Positions 26,268-38,288 of a DNA stretch of 64,000 nt are shown one piece after another. Location of the stretch: the NCBI GenBank assembly GCA_002269645.1, contig NIVC01001462.1, forward strand, positions 62,001 to 126,000, in the 5' to 3' direction. Source of the DNA: Macrostomum lignano (lineage: Eukaryota). The notes beneath the pieces are model-generated. The model did no database searches and had not been told where the DNA came from. It worked only from the letters and a program-made list of their open reading frames with translations. The first letter of the stretch is position 1. The number at the start of each line of letters is the position of its first letter. The position numbers and the translations under genes were made by a program.

Positions 26268-28094
26268 TTAGTCCTTTGTAGATGAACCCTGACATTCGGT
26301 GTCGCACTCTTTATCGCAAGCTAATACGCTGGTAGCACTTGAAGCACCAGTAAGCATCATTAGAGCTTGAATGACTTCAACCTCTTTGTCAGATGATGTC
26401 GACGAATGAAGACGTTTCCGACCGCGCAATGTTGGCTGCGATTGATGAAGATTGGATTCTTGAGCTGAGATAGAGTCAGCACCATCCGCTATGACATTCG
26501 TCTGTTCATTGTATACAGACTCTTGAGATTTTGCTGGTTCCTTGCACTCTACTTTGTCAGCTGTTTGTTCCGTTACAATAGAACAGATCTCCATAGGCTC
26601 GTGATGATTAGTGAATGGCGTCATCTCCGCCTTTTTAATTGCTGTCGCTGCCTCTTTGACGCAGAATACTTGGCTACCTTCTGTACTAGCTTTCCCCGTG
26701 TGCTCAACAGAGTCTTCCGAGTAAATAGGTTTCTGCTTTGTGGAACGATTTTCTAAATTATCAGGTATCTCGTGTTGATTAGTTGAACTGTCATGCTGAT
26801 TGTACGGACTCTTATCCTGATTAACTGGTTCTTCATCGTGATTCGCCGATTTCTCATCCTGAGTAGTTTGTTTCTCATCGTGATTAGTCGGTTTCTCATC
26901 CCGATCAGTCGGTTTCTCATCCCGATCAGTCGGTTTCTCATCGTGATTAGTCGGTTTCTCATCCCGATCATTCGGTTTCTCATCCCGATCAGTCGGTTTC
27001 TTATCCTGATCGGTCGGTTTATCATCCTGATCGGTCGGTTTCTCATCCCGATCAGTTGGTTTCTCATCCTGATCAGTCGGTTTCTCATCCTGATCAGTCG
27101 GTTTCTCATCCTGATCAGTCGGTTTCTCATCCTGATCGGTCGGTTTCTCATCCTGATCAGTCGGTTTCTCATCCTGATCAGTCGGTTTCTTATCCTGATC
27201 GGTCGGTTTATCATCCTGATCGGTCGGTTTCTCATCCTGATCGGTCGGTTTCTCATCCTGATCAGTCGGTTTCTTATCCTGATCGGTCGGTTTATCATCC
27301 TGATCGGTCGGTTTCTCATCCCGATCAGTTGGTTTCTCATCCTGATCAGTCGGTTTCTCATCCTGATCGGTCGGTTTCTCATCCTGATTAACTTCATCGT
27401 CGTCTCCAGTTCGGAGTAGAGCATTCAGATGAGTAGGGCTAAATATGTCGATGTTAAAGGCTCCATCTCGCATAATGGTGGCAACTTCGCTGGATGAGAG
27501 CATCATGCCTACGCTGGGCAGTACGGAGACGTCGTCCAGATCGAGGTCGGCAGCGGCTGCTGCTGCTGCTGCAGATGCCGACTCTGCCGATGAAGATTGC
27601 GACGGAGGAGGCAAATTAGACTGATGAGACTGAGCTTGAGCCGACGCTGACGATGAAGCTGGTTGGTGTTTATGTTGCTGCTGATGCTGAGGCTGCTTTT
27701 GCGATTGATGGTGTGGCTTCAGATGCTTGGAAGGTGTGGTACACGGCGATTGTAGGAAGACCTGATGTAGAAGAGATGGATTTGATATGAATGAATAGGG
27801 TGGCTGCCTGTCTGTCTGTCTCTTTGCCTGTCTGTTTGTTTCTCTGTATGTATGTCTGCCTGTCTGTCTGTCTGTCTGCCTGTCTGTCTGCTTGTCTGTC
27901 TGTCTATCTGCTTGTCTGTCTGTCTGCCTGCCTGCCTGTCTGTCTATCTGCTTGTCAGTCTGTCTGCCTGTCTGTCTGTCTGTCTGCCTGTCTATCTGTC
28001 TGCTTGTCTGTCTGTCTGTCTGCTTGTCTGTCTGTCTATCTGTCTGCTTGTCTGTGTGTCTGTGCGTCTGCCTGCCTGTCTCTATGTCTGTCTG

Positions 28095-28141
<47 letters not shown>

Positions 28142-28226
28142 GCCTGCCTGTCTGTCTGTCTGCTTGTCTGTCTGTCTGTCTGCTTGTCTGTCTGTCTGCC
28201 TGTCTGTCTGTCTGCCTGTCTGTCTG

Positions 28227-28267
<41 letters not shown>

Positions 28268-31043
28268 AAGCAAGCCCTGCACCCACCTGCGGCTTAGCCA
28301 CTTTGTTCGCACTGTCCAATGCCGACTGCAGCAGATCATCAGGCAATTCATAGTGCTCCGCTCCCCTATGCAGATCGCATCGGCCCGAACTTTCAAATCG
28401 AATCACAGGTTTAGTGCAGCCAGCCTGAGTGCAGGCCCTGAATAAGCACTGATTAGGCTCAGACAGCACGTGATTCAAACAGTAAGATGACAAAGGCAGA
28501 GCCCGTTCGTAGCACTTGGATGGCGGGCCGCTATAAGAGCAGCGCCTAGTTGACGGCGGTTTCATCTGCTCAATGTAGGCGGCATAGTAGCGCCGCTCGG
28601 TGGCGCGGTGGCGCAGCCATTTGTCTGTGCCGGTTAGCACCTGGGTGGAGGGATGTGATCATTATATATTGTTTCTACTTAATATAATACATGTATATAG
28701 TGTAGATCAACCAATATGAAGATCTAGTCCGTGCGCTACTTCTCTACTTGATGCTAGTCAGCTCAATCGGACGTCAGGGCCGTCCAACAGGATGACAAAA
28801 GGCGCTAAAATAGAAGCCATAAATGGCGCCAAATTGTATGTCACAGATGGCGCCAAATCAGATGTCACAGATAGCGCCAAATTGTATGCCATAAATGGCG
28901 CCAAATGGTATGCCACAGATGGCGCCAAATTGTGTGTCACAGATGACGCCAAATTGTATGTCACAGATGGCGCCACATCAGATGTCACAGATGGCGCCAA
29001 ATCAGCTGCCACAGATGGTGCCAAATTGTATGTCATAGATTGCGCCAAATAATATGCCATAAATGGCGCCAAATAATATGCCATTAATGGCGCCAAATAA
29101 TATGCCATAAATGGCGCCAAATCAGATGTCAAAGATGGCGCCAAATCGGATTCATAAATGGCGCCAAATCGTATGTAAATAGTGCGGCAAACAAAAACAA
29201 TAAAAAGCAAAATAATTTTTGCTACATATCGGCAGCCCTTTACCTGACACTGCTCGTAGGCGCTTCTTCTCGAAGACGAAGAAGCAGTCGAAGAAGCGAC
29301 GCCGCCAGGAGCCGACGAAGACGCGGAACTGCCGCCAACAGCGCTGGCCCCGCCGCTGGACACGAACTTCTCGTAGCCCTGGCGCAGCTCCCTCTGCAAT
29401 CGGAGCACCTCATCTTCGTAAGCAGTTTTCAATGCTTGCAATTTGCACCTGGCTGCTCTGACCACCTCTGTGCGGGTGAACACTTCCGCAGTGCTGGGGA
29501 ATGTCGATTCTTCCGAGTCGGACGGATCGTCGGACAGTGACGAGTCGGTGTCGCTGGCGCATTCGGACATTCGATCTCGGACACGGTGAGGATTCGGCTC
29601 GGACACTTTGGCCCGGACAAATTTGCTGATCTGGGAATGACAACAGTAGTATATTTTGGCGCTAATTAGTCAGCTAAAAAAGGGCTGGAGGCAGAAATCT
29701 GACGCCAAACTGGTGGGCTAACTTGGCGCTTTTTTTTGCTAAATGTGGCGCAAAAAACTGCTGGGTATTCGAAGAAAATGCTGAAAAATGGCGCTAAACT
29801 GAGCTCAGAATTTGACTCTGAGCTATTTTTAAGATATGGCGCCAAATCAGGGTTTAATATGGCGCCAAACTGGATGCTTAATCTGGTGCCAAGAAGGACG
29901 CTAAAGATGGCGCCAAACTGGATGCTAAATATGACGCCAAATCAGGGTTTAATATGGCGCCAAACTGGATGCTACATATGGCGCCTAACAGGATGCTAAA
30001 TATGACGCCAAATCAGGGTTTAATATGGCGCCAAACTGGATGCTACATTTGGCGCCAAACAGGATGCTAAATATGACGCCAAATCAGGGTTTAATATGGC
30101 GCCAAACTGGATGCTACATATGGCGCCAAACAGGATGCTAAATATGGCGCCAAACTGGATGCTAAATATGGCGCCAAACAGGATGCTAAATATGGCGCCA
30201 AACAGGATACTAAATATGGCGCCAAACAGGATGCTAAATATGGCGCCAAACAGGATGCTAAATATGGCGTCAAACTGGATGCTAAATTTGGCGCCAAACT
30301 GGATGCTAAATATGGTGCCAAACTAAATGCTAAATATGGTGCCAAATTAAATACTAAATATTGCACTAAATAGGATGCTAAATATGGCGCCAAATCAGGG
30401 TTTAATATGGCGCCAAACAGGATGCTAAATATGACGCCAAATTAGGGTTTAATATGGCGCCAAACAGGATGGTAAATATGGCGCCAAACAGGATGCTACA
30501 CATGGCGCTAATCAGATGACAAAGATGGCACCAATTCAAACACAACAGACACGCACGCACCTGGAACGCGTCGGCAAAGCAATATTTTTCTGGCGGTTTG
30601 TTCTGCAATGAGCTGACAGAATTTAGCAGCTCCTGCAGTGCCGCATCGGGGCCCAGCTGAGCTGGCAATCCAAGCGACGGCTCAGGCAGAGGGTCGGGCT
30701 CGTGCTGATGACAAAATCGTTTTGGTCGTTCAACAACTTCGCCGCAACGAATCGATTGCGCATTGGAATTAGTCTGGTATTGGCAGAATTGCAAGGGAGT
30801 CTGATTGAGACTGGCTTGGTCGGACTGGGTGTAAGGCGCCGTGGTAGCCAGGTGCCTGGCGCACACGGTGTGGCCTGGATAGCGCAAATTGGTGCACTGA
30901 CCCAGCGAGTGCTGGCACAGCGGCTCCGGCGGCGGCTGCGGACCGGCGCCAACTTGCCTGTGCGTCGTTTGAGTTCGCGCTGCCGCCGCCGCCGCCGCTG
31001 ACGCCGACGAAATTGAAGTTTTTGTTGGCGAGTCTTGCTGCAT
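26268..31043 (-). CDS. KANSL2: KANSL2 (NSL complex subunit 2)/INO80D-family protein with long acidic C-terminal extension; exons 31043-30561, 29630-29244, 28640-28287, 27761-26268
   Basis: C3H zinc-finger-like LCQHSLGQC...VCARH and FCQYQ...RC...FCHQH; AEVFTRTEVVRAARCKLQALKTAYEDEVLRLQ; RC...C..RALPLSSYCLNHVLSEPNQCLFRAC; all introns phase 0. KANSL2 is favoured over INO80D but not certain. Confidence 0.78.
26810..27390 (-). repeat. Coding 21-bp tandem repeat (DEKPTDQ x ~26) in the last KANSL2 exon
   Basis: In frame, no splice sites seen, grades into unique sequence at both ends. Confidence 0.85.
27805..28266. repeat. (GACA/TGTC)n compound microsatellite in KANSL2 intron 3
   Basis: Direct reading. 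Confidence 0.95.
28790..29170. repeat. 24-bp GGCGCC minisatellite, KANSL2 intron 2
   Basis: ATGGCGCCAAATTGTATGTCACAG, period 24. Confidence 0.9.
29830..30510. repeat. 24-bp GGCGCC minisatellite, KANSL2 intron 1
   Basis: ATGGCGCCAAACAGGATGCTAAAT, period 24. Confidence 0.9.
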
Positions 31044-31109
31044 GCGAGAGCATTCACTGCGGGATTGGGGGGATTAGTGCTACAGTGGCTTTATGGCGAT
31101 TCAATTAAT

Positions 31110-31875
31110 GACACTTCCGGTGACCTAGGGAGACACTTCCGGTGACCTAGGGAGACATTTCCAGTGACCTAGGGAGACACTTCCGGTGACCTAGGAGACA
31201 CTTCCCGTGACCTAGGGAGACACTTCCGGTGACCTAGGGAGACACTTCCGGTAATCTAAGGAGACACTTTGGTGACCTAGGGAGACACTTCTAGTGACCT
31301 AGGGAGACACTTCCGGTGACCTAGGGAGACACTTCCGGTGACCTAGGGAGACACTTCCGGTAATCTAAGGAGACACTTTGGTGACCTAGGGAGACACTTC
31401 CAGTGACCTAGGGAGACACTTCCGGTAATCTAAGGAGACACTTCCGGTGACCTAGGGAGACACTTCCGGTGAGTTAGGGAGACACTTCCGGTGACCTAGA
31501 GAGACACTTTCTGGTGACTTAGGGAGACACTCCCGGTGAACTAGGGAGACACTTCCGGCGACTTAGGGATACACTTCCCTTAGGGAGACACTGAGTGACC
31601 TTAGGACAGATACTGAGTGACCTGAGGAGACACTGAGTGACCTGAGGACAGACACTAAGTGACCTGAGGACAGAAACTGAGTGACCTGAGGACAGACACT
31701 GAGTGACCTGAGGACAGACATTGAGTGACCTGAGGACAGATACTGAGTGACCTGAGGACAGACACTGAGCTGACCTGAGGACAGACATTAAGTGACTTGA
31801 GGACAGACACTAAGTGACCTGAGGACAGACACTAAGTGACCTGAGGACAGACACTGAGTGACCTGAGGACAGACT
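31110..31875. repeat. Two adjacent 22-bp minisatellites (GTGACCTAGGGAGACACTTCCG; GTGACCTGAGGACAGACACTGA)
   Basis: Period 22; both share GTGACCT. Confidence 0.9.
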
Positions 31876-32759
31876 TAGGTTTCAAAAGTGCCTATAAAAA
31901 GCCATTGACTTCTTTGACATATGAAACTGCTTCCTTGCATACAAACAGAAATAAATTTAAAAAGAAAAACTTTATAGAAACAACATAAATATTAAAATAT
32001 GCCGAAGAGCATTGCTTGCTTATATAAATAGATTTTCTAACAAATAAAAAATAATAAATCGAATCAGTGAATAACAAAAAAAACTTTGTTTATAATAAAA
32101 GTATTGAACATTTTCAAAAGATCCAAAAAATTATAAATATTGCTTGACAGAACAGCTGTTTTCAAAAAATTGCAAGTATTTCGGACTTTCATACCACAGA
32201 AAAAATTTGCTAAGTGTACTGTTTCAACATGCAATTATATTGATAGTTAACCGTGTGGAAACGCTAATATGTTAAATATTTAGACAACACAGACATAAGC
32301 TGTTAAAGACTTAACAAACTCATTCTAAACAGTTGGTACAAAACTAAGTAGGTCTAACATTTAAATTACGTTATTAAACACGAAAAAACAGTAAAACGGC
32401 ATTTATAGAAAACTGTCATAATTTTTTATACATTTAAATTCAAATCGGCAACATTGAAAACCTGTTTAGTGACAATAATTTTTTTCCTTCGTAAATTTTG
32501 AAGCAGAACAAAAGCTAAAAAGCAGCGGTCACAAAAACTACGCGAAAAGCTCTGGAACTACTCATTGCTACTAACAGTAGTTCAGCAAAATAAAAGACAA
32601 CTTTAGACTAGAACAGGTTCACAACTATGTTTATGTGAAAATACAGAAAAAAATTGACTGAATTGTTCTCAGGTCGCACATTGCAATGACTAAAATCTTG
32701 GCAAAAATACACTGGCTAAAAATCTTCTCCATTGTGGCGCATTGTATGATGACCAAACC

Positions 32760-33470
32760 GGATAGTAAATATGGCGCCAAACTGGATGCTAAATATGGCG
32801 CCAAACTGGATGCTAAATGTGGCGCCAAACTGGATGATAAATGTGGCGCCAAACTGAATGCTAAATATGGCGCCAAACAGGATGCTAAATATGGCGCCAA
32901 TCTGAATGCTAAATATGGCGCCAATCTGAATGCTAAATATGGCGCCAAAACTGGATGCTAAATATGGCGCCAAACAGGATGCTAAATATGGCGCCAAACT
33001 GAATGCTAAATATGGCGCCAATCTGAATGCTAAATATGGCGCCAAAACTGGATGCTAAATATGGCGCCAAACAGGATGCTAAATATGGCGCCAATCTGAA
33101 TGCTAAATATGGCACCAAACCGGATGCTAAATATGGCGCCAAACCAGATGCTAAATATGGCCCCAAACAGGCTGCTAAATATGGCGCCACTAAATATGGT
33201 GCGCCAAACTGGATGCTAAATATGGTGCCAAATATTAGCTAAATATGGCGCCAAACCGGATGCTAAATATGGTGCCAAATATTATGCTAAATATGGCGCC
33301 AAAACAAGATGCTAAATATGGTGCCAAATATTATGCTGAATATGGCGCCAAAACAAGATGCTAAATATGGTGCCAAATATTATGCTGAATATGGCGCCAA
33401 ACTGGATGCTAAATATGGTGCCAAATATTATGCTGAATATGGCGCCAAACCGGATGCTAAATATGGCAGA
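32760..33470. repeat. 24-bp GGCGCC minisatellite, intergenic
   Basis: Same unit as 29830-30510. Confidence 0.9.
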
Positions 33471-33578
33471 AAGTCTAAAAAAAGTTTTTTAACAAAAAGT
33501 ACACATAAAAACTAACAAAACAGATCTACTCTCAGCCTCTGTTCCAATCAATTTCGAATTTTCCATCTTCAGCCTAGA

Positions 33579-36424
33579 TCAATTGCTACTACCCAGCGGC
33601 AGCAGGTAGATAAAGATGTAGACAACATCCAAGTACAGCTGCATCGCTCCGGACACGTATTCCTCGGGGCTCAGCTCGTATTTGCGGCCGCCAACCACCT
33701 GCTGGGTGTCGTAGACAAGAAAAATGGAGAACACCAGGGCGCCAACGCCCCCGTAGACGCAGTCAAGTAGGCGACTGGCTCCAACCACGGCGTAGGAGAT
33801 TGAGCAGGCCAGGGCGAACAGGATGAAGACTAGCGAGATTACTAGGATTAGGCCGGAGCACATGGTGAAATCGATCTGTGTTGGGGTGCGGGCCGATTTT
33901 AATTATTTGTTTTATTAAAGGCAGGGGTTTGGCCCATTCCGCCGACTCCCCTGAGCAGTCATACGCAGCGGCCCTAACTTTATTTATCGTTAGACATGTA
34001 CACTTCACTGTGCTTTGGGGGGGGGGGGTTGGCCTTCAAGGCCGTTAATTGCACGAGCAGAGCAAAGCTGAGATTCCAATTTAGCCCCAAATTAATGCGA
34101 TTTCATTTGGAATCGAGCAATGACAGGTAATAATTAGGGGGGCCGTTGCCCAGCGGTAGCGCAGCTGCTCTGGTGTGCCAGCGACCCAGGCTCGATTCCA
34201 AGTGCAGTCACATTAAATTGGGGCTGAATTGGAATATCGGCTTGGCTCTGCTCGTGCAATTAACGGCCTTGAGAGCCAACCCCCCAAGGCGCAGTGAAGT
34301 GTACATGCCTAACGATAATATAAAATTAGGGCCGCTGTACACTCCTGTGTGAGTGTGTGCCTGCGTACGTATCCGCGCGCTTTTGTGCCTGCTCAGGGGA
34401 GTCGGCGGAATGGGCAGTAATGCCTCTCGCCGGTTGTGTGCCCATGTCGCTTAAAGTGCGCCAGGGTGCACACAACCCCCCTGCCTCTAATAAAAAAAAT
34501 GACAGGTAATTACAGGTGACCTAGAACAGGCATCACAGATGACCTATGACAGGTATCACAGATGATTTAGGACAGGTATTAAAGGTGACTTAGGACAGGT
34601 ATTAAAGGTGACTTAGGACAGGTATCACAGATGATTTAGGACAGGTATTAAAAGTGACTTAGGACAGGTATCACAAGTGACTTAGGACAGGTATCACAGG
34701 TGACTTAGGACAGGTATCACAGGTGACTTAGGACAGGTATCACAGGTGACTTAGGACAGGTATCACAGGTGACCTAGGACAGTATCACATGTGACTTAGG
34801 ACATGTATTAATTACAGGTGACCTAGGACAGGTATTAAAGGTGACTTAGGGCAGGTATCAAAAGTGACTTAGGACAGGTATCACAGGTGACTTAGGACAG
34901 GTATCACAAGTGACTTAGGACAGGTATTACAAGTGACTTAGGACAGGTATTAAAGGTGACCTAGGACAGGTAATAAAGGTGACTTAGGACAGGTATTAAA
35001 GGTGACTTAGGACAGGTATCACAGGTGACCTAGGACAGTATCACAAGTGACTTAGGACATGTATTAATTACAGGTGACCTAGGACAGGTATCACAAGTGA
35101 CTTAGGACAGGTATCACAGATGACCCAACACATGCAACAAATATACGCCAAATTTCAAACAATTAAAGAATTTTATTCACCTTAGTCTGCACGGCAAAGA
35201 TGCTAATAGCGATGCAGATGATGGAGCATATTCCCATGGCAATCAGAACGCCTTGGGTATTGTAGAACGAAGCGATGCAGCCAGTCATGTAGGAGAAAGC
35301 CAGAGTGAAAATCGACAGACAGATCATATTGCAGGGGAACCGGCGCCGCACAGACTTGCAGCACATTATCACCAGGTACACTACTATGAACACGCCGAAT
35401 GAAATGTAGTATAATAGAAGGTTCGTGTGCACCCATTTCTTCACCGACTCGCTGGAGTGTGGATTGGTAATGGGCTGTGTATAGTTAGATAAATCATACA
35501 CTGTATATCTTAGTTAGATTTTAGCAGGCATTTTTGTAGACGAAAAGGTGTAGTTTTGAGCATCAGGACTGTAGATTTTGAGCATTAAGACTGCAGATTT
35601 TGAGCATCAAGACTGCAGATTTTGAGCATCAAGACTGTAGATTTTGAGCATTAAGACTGCAGATTTTGAGCATCAAGACTGCAGATTTTGAGCATCAAGA
35701 CTGCAGATTTTGAGCATCAAGACTGCAGATTTTGAGCATCAAGACTGCAGATTTTGAGCATCAAGACTGCAGATTTTGAGCATCAAGACTGCAGATTTTG
35801 AGCATCAAGACTGCAGATTTTGAGCATCAAGACTGCAGATTTTGAGCATCAAGACTGCAGATTTTGAGCATCAAGACTGCAGATTTTGAGCATCAAGACT
35901 GCAGATTTTGAGCATCAAGACTGTAGATTTTGAGCATCAAGACTGCAGATTTTGATTAGCAAGACTGCAGATTTTGAGCATCTGTGGTAGATTTTGAAAT
36001 CACGAATCTATATATATATATATATATCGATTGGATCTAATCAGACTCAAAATGAAGACGCTGAACTCAAAACTCACCTAAAGGTGAACACGGACACTAC
36101 AATACCGGTAACCAGCAGCTGCAGCATCAGCACAGCGTACACCCTGGTGATGAAGCCACGTCGCATGGCGGGATCAGAGAAGCTGGGCCCAGCCTCAAAA
36201 CCGCCGCCGACACCTCCGCCACCTTCAATGATGGCCACGGCGTCGTGACCTTCAGGACGAGAGTGGGCGTAGCCCCCGCCAGCGGTGGCAGGCGGCTGAC
36301 CCGAGTCGCCAGTGGCCACAGGTGCGTACTGCACCGACGGGTAGGCCGGCTTCACCGCATCTGTGTAGCTGGGCAGCTGCGGCTGCTGCCCTGCCTGCTG
36401 CTCCGCTGTTTGGTCTCGCTTCTC
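33579..36424 (-). CDS. Lifeguard/TMBIM (GRINA/FAIM2-like) paralog 1; exons 36424-36078, 35451-35181, 33875-33579; start codon not in these exons
   Basis: MRRGFITRVYAVLMLQL, RRRFPCNMICLSIFT, QTK|IDFT, YDTQQVVGGRKYELSPEEYVSGAMQLYLDVVYIF. Confidence 0.9.
33910..34118 (-). mobile_element. SINE family A, deleted copy
   Basis: Homologous to 4405-4756 with internal deletions and a truncated head. Confidence 0.75.
34137..34498 (+). mobile_element. SINE family A, full-length copy
   Basis: A-box-like TTGCCCAGCGG, B-box-like GGCTCGATTCC, AATAAAAAAA tail. AATGACAGGTAAT at 34119-34131 and 34498-34510 may be a TSD. Confidence 0.8.
34500..35125. repeat. 23-bp minisatellite (GTGACTTAGGACAGGTATCACAG)
   Basis: Period 23, intronic. 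Confidence 0.95.
35555..35985. repeat. 22-bp minisatellite (GATTTTGAGCATCAAGACTGCA)
   Basis: Period 22, intronic. Confidence 0.95.
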
Positions 36425-36489
36425 CTGGAAGATAGATTTTTTTCTCTGGAGGACTTAAAATTCAAACAATATTGTCCACACAGCAAGGC

Positions 36490-37505
36490 TAGGGATCTGG
36501 GAGGCTGGCCCAGCAGATGAGGATCTGGGAGGCTGGCCCAGCAACTGAGGATCTGGGAGGCTGGCCCAGTAGATGAGGATCTGGGAGGCTGACCCAGCAA
36601 CTGAGAATATCGGAGGCTGGACCAGCAACTGAGAATATTGGAGGCTATATAGATATAGATATCTATATAGATGAGGATCTGGGAGGCTGGCCCAGCAGAT
36701 GAGGATCTGGGAGGCTGGCCCAGCAACTGAGGATCTAAGAGGCTGGCCCAGCAACTGAGGATCTGGGAGGCTGGCCCAGTAGATGAGGATCTGGGAGGCT
36801 GGTGGCCCAGCAACTGAGGATCTGGGAGGCTGGCCCAGCAACTGAGGATCTGGGAGGCTGGTGGCCCAGCAACTGAGGATCTGGGAGGCTGGCCCAGCAA
36901 CTGAGGATCTGGGAGGCTGGCTCAGCAACTGAGGATCTGGGAGGCTGGCCCAGCAACTGAGGATCTGGGAGGCTGGCCCAGCAACTGAGGATCTGGGAGG
37001 CTGGCCCAGCAACTGAGGATCTGGGAGGCTGGCCCAGTAGATGAGGATCTGGGAGGCTGGCCCAGCAACTGAGGATCTGGGAGGCTGGCCCAGTAGATGA
37101 GGATCTGGGAGGCTGGCCCAGTAGATGAGGATCTGGGAGGCTGGCCCAGCAACTGAGGATCTGGGAGGCTGGCCCAGCAACTGAGGATCTGGGAGGCTGG
37201 CCCAGTAGATGAGGATCTGGGAGGCTGGCCCAGCAACTGAGGATCTGGGAGGCTGGCTCAGCAACTGAGGATCTGGGAGGCTGGCCCAGCAACTGAGGAT
37301 CTGGGAGGCTGGCCCAGCAACTGAGGATCTGGGAGGCTGGCCCAGCAACTGAGGATCTGGGAGGCTGGCCCAGTAGATGAGGATCTGGGAGGCTGGCCCA
37401 GCAACTGAGGATCTGGGAGGCTGGCCCAGTAGATGAGGATCTGGGAGGCTGGCCCAGCAACTGAGGATCTGGGAGGCTGGTGGCCCCAGCAACTGAGGAT
37501 CTGGG
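36490..37505. repeat. Third array of the 28-bp CTGAGGATCTGGGAGGCTGG minisatellite (no head)
   Basis: Same unit and orientation as the 9.9 kb and 24.7 kb arrays. Confidence 0.95.
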
Positions 37506-38288
37506 AAGGTGAAACAAAAGCCCGAAGACAATGTGGTAAGTACAGCCGAATGACACTATAAAATAGACAATTTTGGCAGAGCAAGTAAACAGAAACGTCA
37601 ACCAATGACTTTTTGGATGCAACAATAATTACGAAGGGTAAAGCGACTATTTATATTGTTTATTGACAGTAGGGCGGTGTCTGTTTTTAACAAAAAAACA
37701 CGCACAGAGGTCTCAAACACAAAAGACAGGAGCCTGACAAAAAACAACAAAAAATATAGAGCTGTGTATTAAGCGTTTGAATATTCCAGAAAAAAACTGC
37801 GTTTCTGTTAACAATTTATAACATGGACAGTTAACTAACTGGATAAGCGAATCAATCGATAGGTTTGGATAAAAAAATTCACTCATAAAAGTGTGCTGCA
37901 ATAGGCGCAAAAATTACATATACAATATCTAAAGCTGAGTAGTTTTTTTTATAAAAAAACGAAATTGATAAAACAAAGATACTGGGATGAATTTGTTAAA
38001 CAAAGACCTGCTAAACAGGAACACGTTCAAAGCACTTTTTCTGCTCAAATTGCATGACGGTCGGTTAATATGGCTTCTAGAAAGATTCTATAATCAAGCG
38101 TGCTTACAATATATTACCCCTGTACTTTTAGGGATCATTGACGCTAGTATTGATGACTACAACGGCATTGGTACGATAGAGAGGCTAATATTTAGAATCC
38201 GAGAAGACTTTAAAAACGCGAACTGATCAGACACAAATAACACCTAATAAAAAATGTTAGTAAAATTTAATGCTTAATCAGCTACATA

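Noticed and set aside
12838-34498. tRNA genes at SINE heads
   Set aside because: The tRNA-like parts continue into SINE bodies and lack complete cloverleafs.
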